Source of the DNA: Lama guanicoe | Lineage: Eukaryota | Length of the DNA: 64,000 nucleotides | NCBI GenBank assembly: GCA_013239625.1 | Contig: MU053810.1 | Coordinates: 4,372,071 to 4,436,070, forward strand | Reading direction: 5' to 3' | Shown here: positions 41,778 to 52,109 of the stretch, in pieces | Position numbering within the stretch: position 1 is the first letter of the stretch | Layout of the letters: each line of letters opens with the position of its first letter | The notes under the pieces: generated by a model | Seen by the model: only the letters and a program-made list of their open reading frames with translations | Database searches by the model: none | Told to the model about the DNA's origin: nothing | Translations under genes and position numbers: made by a program

Positions 41778-42585
41778 TTTAAAATTTTTTTTATTGATTT
41801 ATAATCATTTGACAATGTTGTGTCAAATTCCAGTGTAGAGCACAATTTTTCAGTTATACATGAACATGTATATATTCATTGTCACATTTTTTTCTCTGTG
41901 AGCTACCATACGATCTTGTATACATTTCCCTGTGCTATACAGTATCATCTTCTTTATCTATTCTACAATTTTGAAATCCCAGTCTATCTCTTCCCACCCC
42001 TGTCCCCTTGGCAACCACAAGTTTATATTCTATGTCTGTGAGTCTATTTCTGTTTTGTATTTATGCTTTGCTTTTTTTTTTTAGATTCCACATATAAGCA
42101 ATCTCATCTGGTATTTTTCTTTGTCTTTCTGGCTTACTTCACTTAGAATGACATTCTCCAGGAGCATCCATGTTGCTGCAAATGGTGTTATGTTGTCAGT
42201 TTTTATGGCTGAGTAGTATTCCATTGTATAAATATACCACCTCTTCTTTATCCAGTTATCTGTCGATGGACATTTAGGCTGTCTCCATGTCTTGGCTATT
42301 GTAAATAGTGCTGCTATGAACACTGGGGTGCAGGTGTCATCCTGAAGTAGGGTTCCTTCTGGATATATGCCCAGGAGTGGGATTCCTGGGTCATATGGTA
42401 AGGCTATTTCTAGTCTTTTGAGGAATCTCTACACTGTTTTCCACAGTGGCTGCACCAAACTGCATTCCCACCAGCAGTGAAGGAGGGTTCCCTTTTCTCC
42501 ACAGCCTCTCCAGCATTTATTTGTGGATTTTTGAATGATGGCCATTCTGACTGGTGTGAGATGGTACCTCATTGTAGTTTTGATT
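41778..42585 (-). mobile_element. Young 5'-truncated L1, same subfamily as 32501-33131
   Basis: ORF2 tail MFIAALFTIAKTWRQPKCPS; near-identical 3' UTR; degenerate TSD taagtgaaacactt / taagcaaaacactt. Confidence 0.92.
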
Positions 42586-43514
42586 TAAGCAAAACACTTC
42601 TTAATACAGGATATCTAACATTTTAGATCAAGTAAAACATCCAATTACTTTTTACATATACCTGAGCTGTTACGAAAGTAAAGGAATTATTGTAAAGGCC
42701 ACAAATCATGTGAAAGTGAAATTCCACAGAAGTACAGGCATTTATTCTGGGGTGTTTGCCTATTCCTCATGACCCAGAATGTGGGTTCCAATGGTTATAC
42801 ACAGGGGATAAAAAAACAAAAGCCTAGGACCAGAGCAGAATGAGAAGATAGATTGGAGACATAGATAAAAAGCAAGGAGGAGGATTAGTATTTAAAAACC
42901 CACATCTCATGAAGAATTAGTGGAGATAATTGCTTGCCTCAGACTTCACTCTGAGAGGAGCAGGGAAAAAGAAAATATCTGTCTTCAAAATGCCTAAGCT
43001 CACCCTACCAGGTTATTATTGTAGCCACACACACAAAAAAAAAGGGGGCAAAATTTGAGTTTAAAGTAACATCAAGTTGATAGTCTCCCAGGTGATTGAC
43101 AGGAGAAATGCAAATCTTCTCTGAAAGAATGAATCTTAAACGTAAGCCTCACATTTAGGAAAAAAAGTTTCTAAGAAACACGAGCTCATGAACAAAAATC
43201 ACCTAACACAAGGAAATATGACCTTATGAACAAAAGCCAAGAGAAACAACAAAGTGAGGAATTTCAGAACTGGAATTTTTATACCAGAAATATGTCAGTT
43301 TTATATCTTTAATATGCTCAAGAAAGTACAAGGATATATAGCAAGTATCATAAAGTTACATGACATTGAAGTGTGAAATTTGAAAAAGAATTAAATTCCT
43401 GCAAATGAGAAATATAATTGAAATTAGAAACAGCTTTAAACATCAGATTAAATTAACTGAAGAAAGAATATGTAAACTGGAAGATAGATTAATAGTAATA
43501 ATTAAGAATGCCAT

Positions 43515-43727
43515 GTGGTACGGGGTACAGCTTGGTGGTAGAGGGTACAGCTCGGTAGTAGAGAGCATGCCTAGCATGCACCAGGTCCTGGGTTCAATCC
43601 CCAGTAGCTCCATTAATATAAATAAATAAAACTCTAATTACCCCCCACAAGAAAGAATGAAAAATAAATTTAAAAAATGAAAATGTGAAATTGTAAAAAA
43701 AAGGAGGAGGAGGAGAAGGAGAAGAAG
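43515..43727 (+). mobile_element. tRNA-derived SINE (Vic-1-like) with duplicated 5' head
   Basis: gggtacagctcggtagtagagagcatgcctagcatgcaccaggtcctgggttcaatcccc; TSD aagaatgccat at 43504-43514 and 43728-43738. Confidence 0.85.
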
Positions 43728-43827
43728 AAGAATGCCATATAGACAAAGAAGAGTTAATATGAAAGAGTTTAAAGATGAAGAAAATACAGTGAGGAAGGTA
43801 GACCATACATCAAATTGGAGATTTAGG

Positions 43828-44097
43828 ACAGGACTGGGCAAATGTTTCCTGTGAAAGATCAGACAGTAAATATTTTAGGCTGAGTGGGTCACAAGGTCTC
43901 TCTCAACCCTACCATTGTCATGCAAAATGACACTCAGAAGTACTCTGAGAAATACTCAACTCTGCCATTGTAGTGCAAAAGCAGCTGTAGGTGATGCTGT
44001 AAACAAATAAGCCTGGATGTTTTTCAATAGAACTTTATTTACCAAAAGATAGCATACTAGTTTTGATGCATGGGCCACAATTTGTCAGCTCCTAGAC
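43828..44097. mobile_element. MER58B-like hAT transposon
   Basis: caggactgggcaaatgtttcctgtgaaagatcagacagtaaatattttaggc...tactcaactctgccattgtagtgcaaaagcagc. Confidence 0.8.
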
Positions 44098-44799
44098 TAG
44101 GAAATAATAGGAAATCAGGGTAGAACAAAATTTGAGAAGATAGTGGATTACATCTCAATCAAGATATCTCCCCCTCCCCAATGTAAAATAATTAAATCTC
44201 AAAAGAAAAGGTAAAATAATCACTGGGAATTTTCCAGAAATAATAGAACACAACAATTCTCAGATTCATAAGGCCAAAAAATCCAAAGCAGGATAAAGTA
44301 AAAATAAATTCACAACTAGATAAATTATTGTGAAACTGCAGGACAAGAATGACAAAGAGATTTTAAAAGTTGCCATTAAAAATCTTTAAATCCATTCCCC
44401 TAAAAAGATGTGGAAACTGGACAAAAATTTCAAAAATATAACCATATCATGCCCCTGAAAACTGACCCAAGACAAATGACGTATTTATTTACGGAAAACT
44501 GCTAGAACTTGGGAGTGAAAAATGGTAGAAGCCTGAGATCTTCATACTGGAGTTAGTCCAGACACCCCACCACCAGCAGCAGCGTGGTTGATGCTATGTA
44601 CAGTTTTACACGAGTGGGGCTGGATGTGAAAACCAGTAGTTGAACTGTCTGAGAGGAATGACTTGGAATGAAAGGTAAAAACCCACACTCTAGAGTTTTG
44701 TCAGTGAAAGTAGCAAAGTCGATAGGAAATGAGTGGGGAAAATCTGCGACTCTTCAACTTGAACTTGTGGTCCCATTTGAGTGAGCAGTGGACAAGAAA

Positions 44800-46110
44800 G
44801 ACATTTAAAGATCTATTGTTTTCCTATATACCAGCAATGAACAATTGGAATTTGCAGTTAAGGACACGATACCATTGGTGTTAGCACCAAAGAAATGAAA
44901 TACTTTAGGTATAAATTTAACAAAATATGCACAGGATCTATATGAGGAAAAGCTGTAAACTCTGATGGAAGAAATCAAAGATCTAAACAATTGAAAAGAT
45001 ATTTCATATTCATGGGTAGGGAGATTCAATATTGTTTAAAGATGTCAGCTCTTTCCAACTTGATCTATAGATTTAAAGACTTGCATCCAAAATATACAAA
45101 GGACTCCTAATACTCAACAATAAGAAAATGAACAACCTGATTTAAAAGTGGGCAAAATATCTGAACAGATACCTCACCAAAGATGATACACAGATGGCAG
45201 ATAAGCATGTGAAGTCATTCTCAACACTGTCATTAGGGAATTGCAAATTAAAGCAATAATAAGATAACTAAACCTCACCTATTAGAATGGCTAAAATCTA
45301 ATACTTTGACAACAGCAAATGCTGGCGAGGATGTGGAGCAACAGGGACTCTCATTCATTGCCGAAAGGAACACAATATGGTACACTCACTTTTCAAGACA
45401 GTTTGGCAGTTCCTTACAAAGTTATACGTGGGCTTTGTGTAAGATCCAGCAGTTGCACACCTAGGTGTTTACACAATGAGTAGGAAAATTACACAAAAAC
45501 CTTCACATGAATGTTTATAGTAGCTTTTTCATAACTGTCAAAAAGTAGAAAAAGCCAGCCTTCTATAGGTGAATGGAGCAACAAGCTGTAATACATTCAT
45601 ATAATGGAATACTATCCAGCAAGTAAAAAAAAAAATCAGCTATCAAGTCATGGAAGGACATGAAGGAAGCTTAAATGCATATTGCTAAGTGAACTAAGAG
45701 TTTTAAAAGGGTGCATACTGTGTGATTCCAACTGTAGAATACTCTGTAAAAGGCAAGACTATAGACACTAAAAAGATCAGTAGTTGCCAGGTGGGAGAAG
45801 GGAAAAAGGAGAATAGGATTGAATACATGGAACACAAGGGACTTTTAGGGCAGGGAAATTACTCTGCACAATATTGTACTGTAAAAGGTGGTTACATGAC
45901 GTGCATTTGGCAAAACCCATAGAACTGCACAGCACAAATTATGAACCTGATGTAAACCATGGACTTTAGTTAATCATAATATTTCAATATTGGTTTATCG
46001 ATTTTAAATATACCACATTAATGCAAGATGTTAGTGTGCAGGAGGATAGAGGGTATATGGGAAGTTAGAATTCTGTGAACCTAAAATTGATTTAAAGAAG
46101 AAAATATCTT
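44800..46110 (+). mobile_element. Old L1 (L1MB/MC-like) ORF2 fragment + 3' UTR, internally deleted, nested in another L1
   Basis: ttcctatataccagcaatgaacaatt...aaatcaaagatctaaac...aaaagtgggcaaaa...caaaacccatagaactgcacagcacaa. Confidence 0.8.
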
Positions 46111-46114
46111 ATTT

Positions 46115-46791
46115 TAAAGTATTAAACGAAAATTCTAGATTTGAAAAGTAAAATGATCAGAACTTGAAATATTCTGGATGGGCTCAACAGCACATTTGAG
46201 ATGGCAGAATAAATAATCAGTGAACTTGAATACAGATCAATAGAAATGATCTAATCTGAATATCAGAAAAAATATTTTAGGAACATGAACAAAATCTCAG
46301 AGACCTGTTGGACAACATCAACTATACCAATATCCATATAACAGAGTCCCAGGAAGAGAGAAGAAAGTGAAATAGGTAGAAAATTAATGGCCCAATACTT
46401 TCCAAATTTGATGAAAACTGTTAATATACAGATACAGATCCAAGAAGTTCAGTGAACCCCAAGTAGGATAAAGAGAGAGAGCCCCTACAATTAAGCACAT
46501 CATTATTATTACTCTACAGAAAAGGCCAAGATCAAGAGAAAACCTTGAAAGCAACAAGAGAAAATTAACTTACTATGTTTAGGAGAATGACAAAGTAATT
46601 AACATACGACACCTCATCAGAAACAGTTGAGAACAGAAGATAGTGAAGTGACATCCAAAATACTGAAAGAAAAAAATTATCAGCCAAGAATTCTCTACCC
46701 AAGCAAAACTATTCTTCAAAACTTTGGGAAAATAAAGACATTTCCAAATGATCAAAGACAAAAAGAGTCATTGCACATAGATCTGCCTTAC
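46115..46791 (+). mobile_element. Old L1 ORF1 region, the host of the NACC1 insertion; resumes at about 51700-52100
   Basis: gatgggctcaacagcacatttgagatggcagaa; ORF1 C-terminal remnant LKEKNYQPRILYPSK...GKIKTF. Confidence 0.8.
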
Positions 46792-47874
46792 AAGAAAAAG
46801 TTTTTATTTTTTATTTTCTACTTTCTACTTATTTATTTATTTGGTTACAAACGCACTTGGTTTACTCTCCTCATCAGTATCACTGATATTCTCACGATTC
46901 ACATTTCCCAGTGCGGCTCCTCTTCTTACAATAGTTAGTGTGCAATCTCACTTACGGGCCTGGGGAGGGGGGCTTGGTCCAGGGCAGGGACGGCATTGGC
47001 ACTCCACGTGGACAGGGTGGGTCGTCTGTCCTGCGTCAAAGAGGTACGGGTGAATGGGCAGCCAGGGGAGGTGGAGGGGGCCCTCCACAGTCTTTTTTTG
47101 TGTTGGTCAGTGATTCTCCACTCATGCTCCTTCCTGGCTGCCCAGGTTGGGGGAGGTCCACGCAGCTCAGGGTCGGGCAGGGCGGGGAAGGGGGAAGGAA
47201 CAGCAGCAGGCAGCCCAGGAGCAGGGAGGGCAGGGTGGGAGGGGCACAGGGGTGGCCCCTGGGGTAAGGCACAACACTGTCTTGGGCTCTTCTGGTGAGG
47301 AGTTTCCTCCCCTGCACCCCTGCCCAGCCCCTCTCTCAACCCCTCAACCCCTCAGCACCCCCCCCCACAGTCCCGGGAGCCAGGGGCACCTCCTGGGGTT
47401 CCTGAAATGAGAGAGCTCTGCCACCCAACCCAGTGCTGCAGGAGCTTGGAGGAGGAATAGGGGAGAGCCCCACCCGAGGACAAGGCAGGGAGGGGCTGGG
47501 CAGGGGCCTGCCCAGGACAAGGGGTGGGGAGGGAGAAGACCCCAGTCCCAGAGAGCTGGCCCCGCTAAGGCCTGGAAGGAGGGGAGTGCCCGGGGACTCC
47601 TGCTTCCTTTTGGGGTCTGACTGGTGCCTCAGCCCACCCCAGAGCCTTGGTTGGCCCAGCGGCTTGCCACGTGACCAACACCAGGGATGCCCTTCCAATG
47701 TAGCTCCGAGGGGGAGGCATCAGGGGTGAGGGGGAACTCGCCAGACCCACAGGAACCCAGGCAGAGCGGGAGTTGGGACCCCACCTTGGAAACGCAAGCC
47801 CACACTCCATATGCATGTGCACATTCAGCCTGTCCCCGGCGCCCTACCCTATCTTGTCTTCCACGGCCTCAGGG

Positions 47875-48155
47875 ACCGAAGGGAACATCAGATATAGTCC
47901 CGTTGGTTTGAAAAAATAAAAACTTTAATATTTCATTAGCTAAAAAAATGTTTTCAAAAGTATGTACTGGGGGTAGGGGGTGGGGGCTTGGAGGCCTGCC
48001 CTGGGGGCGGGGTGAACCGAAGGGAACATCAGATATAGTCCCGTTGGTTTGAAAAAATAAAAACTTTAATATTTCATTAGCTAAAAAAATGTTTTCAAAA
48101 GTATGTACTGGGGGTAGGGGGTGGGGGCTTGGAGCCCTGCCATGGGGGTGGGGTG
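47875..48155. repeat. 141-bp tandem duplication in the NACC1-copy 3' UTR
   Basis: accgaagggaacatcagatatagtcccg starts at both 47875 and 48016; copies identical except a few substitutions in the last ~25 bp. Confidence 0.95.
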
Positions 48156-50875
48156 GGGGTGGAGAAGGGAGGGAAAGGCAGCAGCCCCCCTCCCCCAGCC
48201 TGCTCCCGCTAGGTGGCCCAGGCCCTGAGAAAGGGGACCTCCCAAGCCCCCCAGGCCGGCCCCTCCCTGTTCCCCGGCCCGGTGAGTGGGGAGACAACTG
48301 CTAGGGGTTGGAGGGGGCAAGAGCTCCGCGTGTGTGCACGAGCGTGTGCTGGAGTAGGCAACACAGACCTCGCACCACCTGCCATCCTCTCCCAGCCCGA
48401 TCCCCCGTCAGATTGGGGTCAGGGGGCAGGACAGCAGAGGCAGAGGGTCCAGGAGCATGCAGTGCCCCCCGCGGGTCCTGGGGAAGGGCAGACAGTAGCT
48501 CATGACCAAGATGGTGGGAGGGTGTGACAGGAGGGGGAGTGTGACGGCCCCACAGGAGGGTCTGGCGGGGGTTACTGGAGGGCCTCATTGGCTGAGGGGC
48601 CAGCCTCGCCGTCGTGGCTGGCCGTCTCGAAGCCATGCTCGGCACCCATCATATCCGGCTCTGTCTTACCTGTGTAGCTGAAGGAGGTGGTGGAGGGGTC
48701 ACCCTCGGCCATGAGTGGCTTGACCTTGGAGATCCATCTCTTACGCATAACGCGGCGGGCGTTGGTGCACATGTCGGCCACGATGGTGTTCATCTCCCTC
48801 TCCCTGAAGCTGGGAGTAAAGTTCTGGCAGTAGCCTGTGTGGGCAGAATGGGGAGCTCAGGCTGACCGTGGCCTTGGCCTCCCATCCTCCAAATGGGCAC
48901 TCAGCCATGCTGTTCCAAAATCTCCCCACTACACACTCACACCCACCCACCCACACACACACACGCGTGCGCGGCACCCCTCAACATCCCCCAGAGGTGA
49001 GAGAACCGAGGCGTTGCAGACAGCACACTAAAACACATCCTTGGGCCCCGGGCCTGACTGAGCTTGGCCATGAGGTGTGGATTTGATACGAGATGGCCCA
49101 GTGCTCTTGAAAAATGTGGGTCATTTGCCAGAATTTAGAAGCTGGGCGATTCCACGTGAAAATCTAGCCTTCCCTCCTGACAACTGGCACGTTTTAGACC
49201 CTCTCCCATAGGCTTTGTGGCTTCCCTTCTGTGTACCCCACCGCAAGAAATCTCCAATCCTAGCCCTCTTCCCAACAAGCCTAGGCTGAACCTCAGAATC
49301 CTTCTTAACACCTAACTCTACCCATCCATCAGGATCAACAACACCAGGGAAAAGGACCATCTGCCCACCCCAGGCCCCCCACCACCCCGACCCAGCAAGC
49401 CAGACACTCACACTTGACGGCATGGAGGATGCCACTATCCAATGGTTTGCGGCTGAGGTTATTGGAAGGACGGATGCCGGTGCCGCAGCTGTTGGCCAGG
49501 GTGATCCTAGGTAGGGGCCAAGGAGGAGGGGAGTCAGGCCTGCTGTGGTGGTGGGGGGGACACAGGGCAGCCCCATTCCCTCCACTCTGGGGGCTCTGGC
49601 ATGGGCCTCACCGGTCAAAGAAGGTGCCCAGGAGGCGCCGCAGCAAGATCCTGTGCTCCATGCCTGCGTTGACATGGCAGTTCATGAGCTGCGCCCTCGT
49701 GATATACACGTTGGTGCCTGGAAGTGGGGGGGCCAGAGGATGGCCGGGGGCCTAAACTGCCACACCCCCCACATGGCCAGGCTCTGGCCTGGGCTGGACC
49801 AAGACCCTCCTTGACAACTCAACCCAAAGTGGCCACATCAGCACTCAGGAAAGGACAGAGACTGTGGTGCCACCATCCATGGGGCACCCATGACGGGCTC
49901 TTGCTCACACAAACACCAGAGCAGGCAGCAGAGGCTCACACCCTGGCACCCTGGCTCCAAGGGCCAAATTCTTAACCACTGTGTTAGCTCACCCTCAAAC
50001 CACGCTATGAAACCACCCCATGTGGCCAACAGTGCTGCCAACACTTACACCAGCTTCCGCGGTGGCCACCTAGAGGTCAGTCTTTGATTCGTATCAATGC
50101 TGAGGGGGTGTCAGCTGCCCCAGGACACAGCCAGTGGGCAGCAGGGCTGAGACTGGACCCTGAGTCTGGCTCCTAACCACTACGCCATAGGCTGCCGGCC
50201 CAGAGGACACCACGGCCCCAGGTGGAGGAAGGAGGAATTCAGGGAGGAAGTGAGGCTGGCCCACCTGTCACCAGCTCCAGCTTCTCAAAGGGGTCACCCT
50301 CCTCAGAGAGCTTTGGGTGGCAGCGGTTGCCAATCTGTTTGACGAGCTCAGCCAGAAGAGACTCCTGGTCTTGCTGCACCCATATGCGATTCACGGACTT
50401 AGGGGCCACATGCTCATGGAAAGCCTCCACCTTCCCGGCTGGAAGCGGGAGAGAGTGGCGTGCTGGGGACAGGGGCAGCAGGAGGGTAATAGGACCAGGC
50501 TTGGGGGCCGGGGGGGCGCCTCACCTGTCTGGTCGACATTCACCATGCTGCGCATGGTGTGCATGTTGCAGATCTGCAGGTAGTGCTCATCTGTGCCCTC
50601 GTCGCTCGCCTCCTCCTCCTCATCCGCCTTGCTGTCGTAGGAGCTGGGGCTGTCGCTAGTGTTGGCGCTGGAGGTACCAGGGCTGGACCACTCTGATGTG
50701 CTGGGCCCACTCACCACTCCCCCTGCTGCTGCCACCACTTCCACTGCCGCTGCCCCCTGAGTCGGTTGCCCAGCCCAGGCCCCTGCAGCCACCCGGGTGG
50801 GCTGTGCCGCAGCCACCACCACAGGGGCCTGCTGGGACTGCCTGCTGGCGGCCAGGTCCAGCATGGACAACTTGA

Positions 50876-51490
50876 TCACCTTGCGGCGCCGTTGCCACCA
50901 CTGCCACCCTCAGCTTCCTTCTGGCCGCTGCCCCACAGCCGCTTGGCCATGGGCGTGCACTGCACAGAGTCCGACTCCTGCTGCTCTGTCTTGACACGAC
51001 ACACGAGGGCCCGCGGTTTGTCACAGGCCGGCCAGCTTGACTTCTGCACCGCAAGGTTCTGGGGCTCGGACGAAGGGGCCTTCTCGGCATGCAGGCCCTG
51101 GGAGTGGCAGCTGGGGGAGCTCACCTTGAGGAAGGAGTTTTTGGCTTTCTCCACGATCTCCTGGATCTTCAGGAATCCGGCCGTATACATGATCAGGAAC
51201 TGGTCGCCCATGTTCATGCTCAGCCGGCCCGTATAGCAGAAGGTGAGGATCTTCTGGAAGGACTGGGGCTGCACGGCCTCCGGCAGCTCCACCACAGCGC
51301 TCCAGCTGCTACTGAACCGGTCGCGGAAGTAGGAGCTGCTGGCGGCCAGCACGGCCCGGTGGGCCTTGAAGCCATGGCCCTTGACCATCACCGTCACATC
51401 GCAGTACAGGCCCTGCAGCCGCTGCTCGTTGAGGAACTCCAGGATGGTGCTGCCGAAGTTCGGGATCTCCAGCAGCAGGATCTGGGCCAT
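50876..51490 (-). CDS. Open frame of the NACC1 retrocopy: 204-aa BTB/POZ-only product, truncated by frameshift (expression unknown)
   Basis: Strong Kozak gccaccATGG; BTB motifs LNEQR..G.YCDV and [14 protein letters not shown]. Confidence 0.35.
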   Translation of the reverse strand: MAQILLLEIPNFGSTILEFLNEQRLQGLYCDVTVMVKGHGFKAHRAVLAASSSYFRDRFSSSWSAVVELPEAVQPQSFQKILTFCYTGRLSMNMGDQFLIMYTAGFLKIQEIVEKAKNSFLKVSSPSCHSQGLHAEKAPSSEPQNLAVQKSSWPACDKPRALVCRVKTEQQESDSVQCTPMAKRLWGSGQKEAEGGSGGNGAAR

Positions 51491-51685
51491 GGTGGCAGTG
51501 GCTGCTCCCAGACTGCGCTCAGGGGGCTTCCTGCGGGCTCTGCAGCGGCTGCTGGGCCCGGCCTGCGCCTCGGGCGCGCCCCCGTGCGCCAGGGCCTGGG
51601 CGCCGGCCCCCCGCGGCCTCCGCGACCCCCGCGGCTTCCGCCTCAGCAGCAGCTGCAGCCTCGGCGCCCATTCACTGTGGGCCAG
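51491..51685 (-). promoter_or_regulatory. CpG-dense 5' UTR of the NACC1 copy (small CpG-island-like segment)
   Basis: Dense CG dinucleotides (cgggcgcgcccccgtgcgcc, ccgcggcctccgcgacccccgcgg) next to AT-rich L1; activity not shown. Confidence 0.4.
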
Positions 51686-52109
51686 AAGAAACAGTTTTTA
51701 AAGTCAATATTTTTAAAAAATGACATGAGACAATAATTTAAAATCAAAGGAAGAAATGAAGAGATCAAAGATGGTAAATATGTAAGTAAATAAAAGACTA
51801 CTAAAATATTTTTTCTGTTAATTTTAATAAAAATGATAAAATTATATAAAGCCATAATTTAAGACTATTATTGGGCTTATTACAGATATACTTACACTAT
51901 ATGTAATACTAATAGCACAAAGTGGGGAAAGGGTAAAGCTGTATTGGAACAAAATTGTTTTATTTTACTAGAATGTAGTCCGTATTAACCTGAAGTCAGT
52001 TGTGATAAATTAAGATGAATATTGTAATCCCTTGAGCAGTCCCTAAGAAAGTAACTCAAAACTAAAGTTTAAAATAGTAAAGGAATTGATAGCAGTACAC
52101 TAATATTCC

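Larger units (their letters stand above)
42660..44380 (+). mobile_element. Old L1M/HAL1 5' and ORF1 region, interrupted by a SINE and MER58B
   Basis: ORF1 coiled-coil remnant IKLTEERICKLEDR; atccaaagcaggataaag...attgtgaaactgcag. Confidence 0.55.
46806..51685 (-). pseudogene. NACC1: Semi-processed (intron-retaining) retrocopy of NACC1 (BTB + BEN domain transcription factor)
   Basis: ATG at 51490 ([13 protein letters not shown]...[14 protein letters not shown]) to TAA at 48572. Coding segments 51490-50525, 50438-50265, 49717-49612, 49506-49412, 48834-48572, separated by GT-AG introns. AGTAAA at 46861-46866 (-), decayed poly(A) at 46806-46842, TSD aagaaa[a/c]agttttt at 46792-46805 and 51686-51699. 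One 1-bp deletion at 50887/50888. Confidence 0.93.

Noticed and set aside
48572..51490. Interpretation as the authentic NACC1 gene because introns are present
   Set aside because: Poly(A) tail, TSD, position inside a split L1, a frameshift and an unusually diverged BTB domain all argue for a derived copy.
46935..51736. Many overlapping ORFs of up to about 215 aa on both strands, also around 14359-15850
   Set aside because: Shadow frames of GC-rich retrocopy CDS, UTR and intron sequence with few stop codons.
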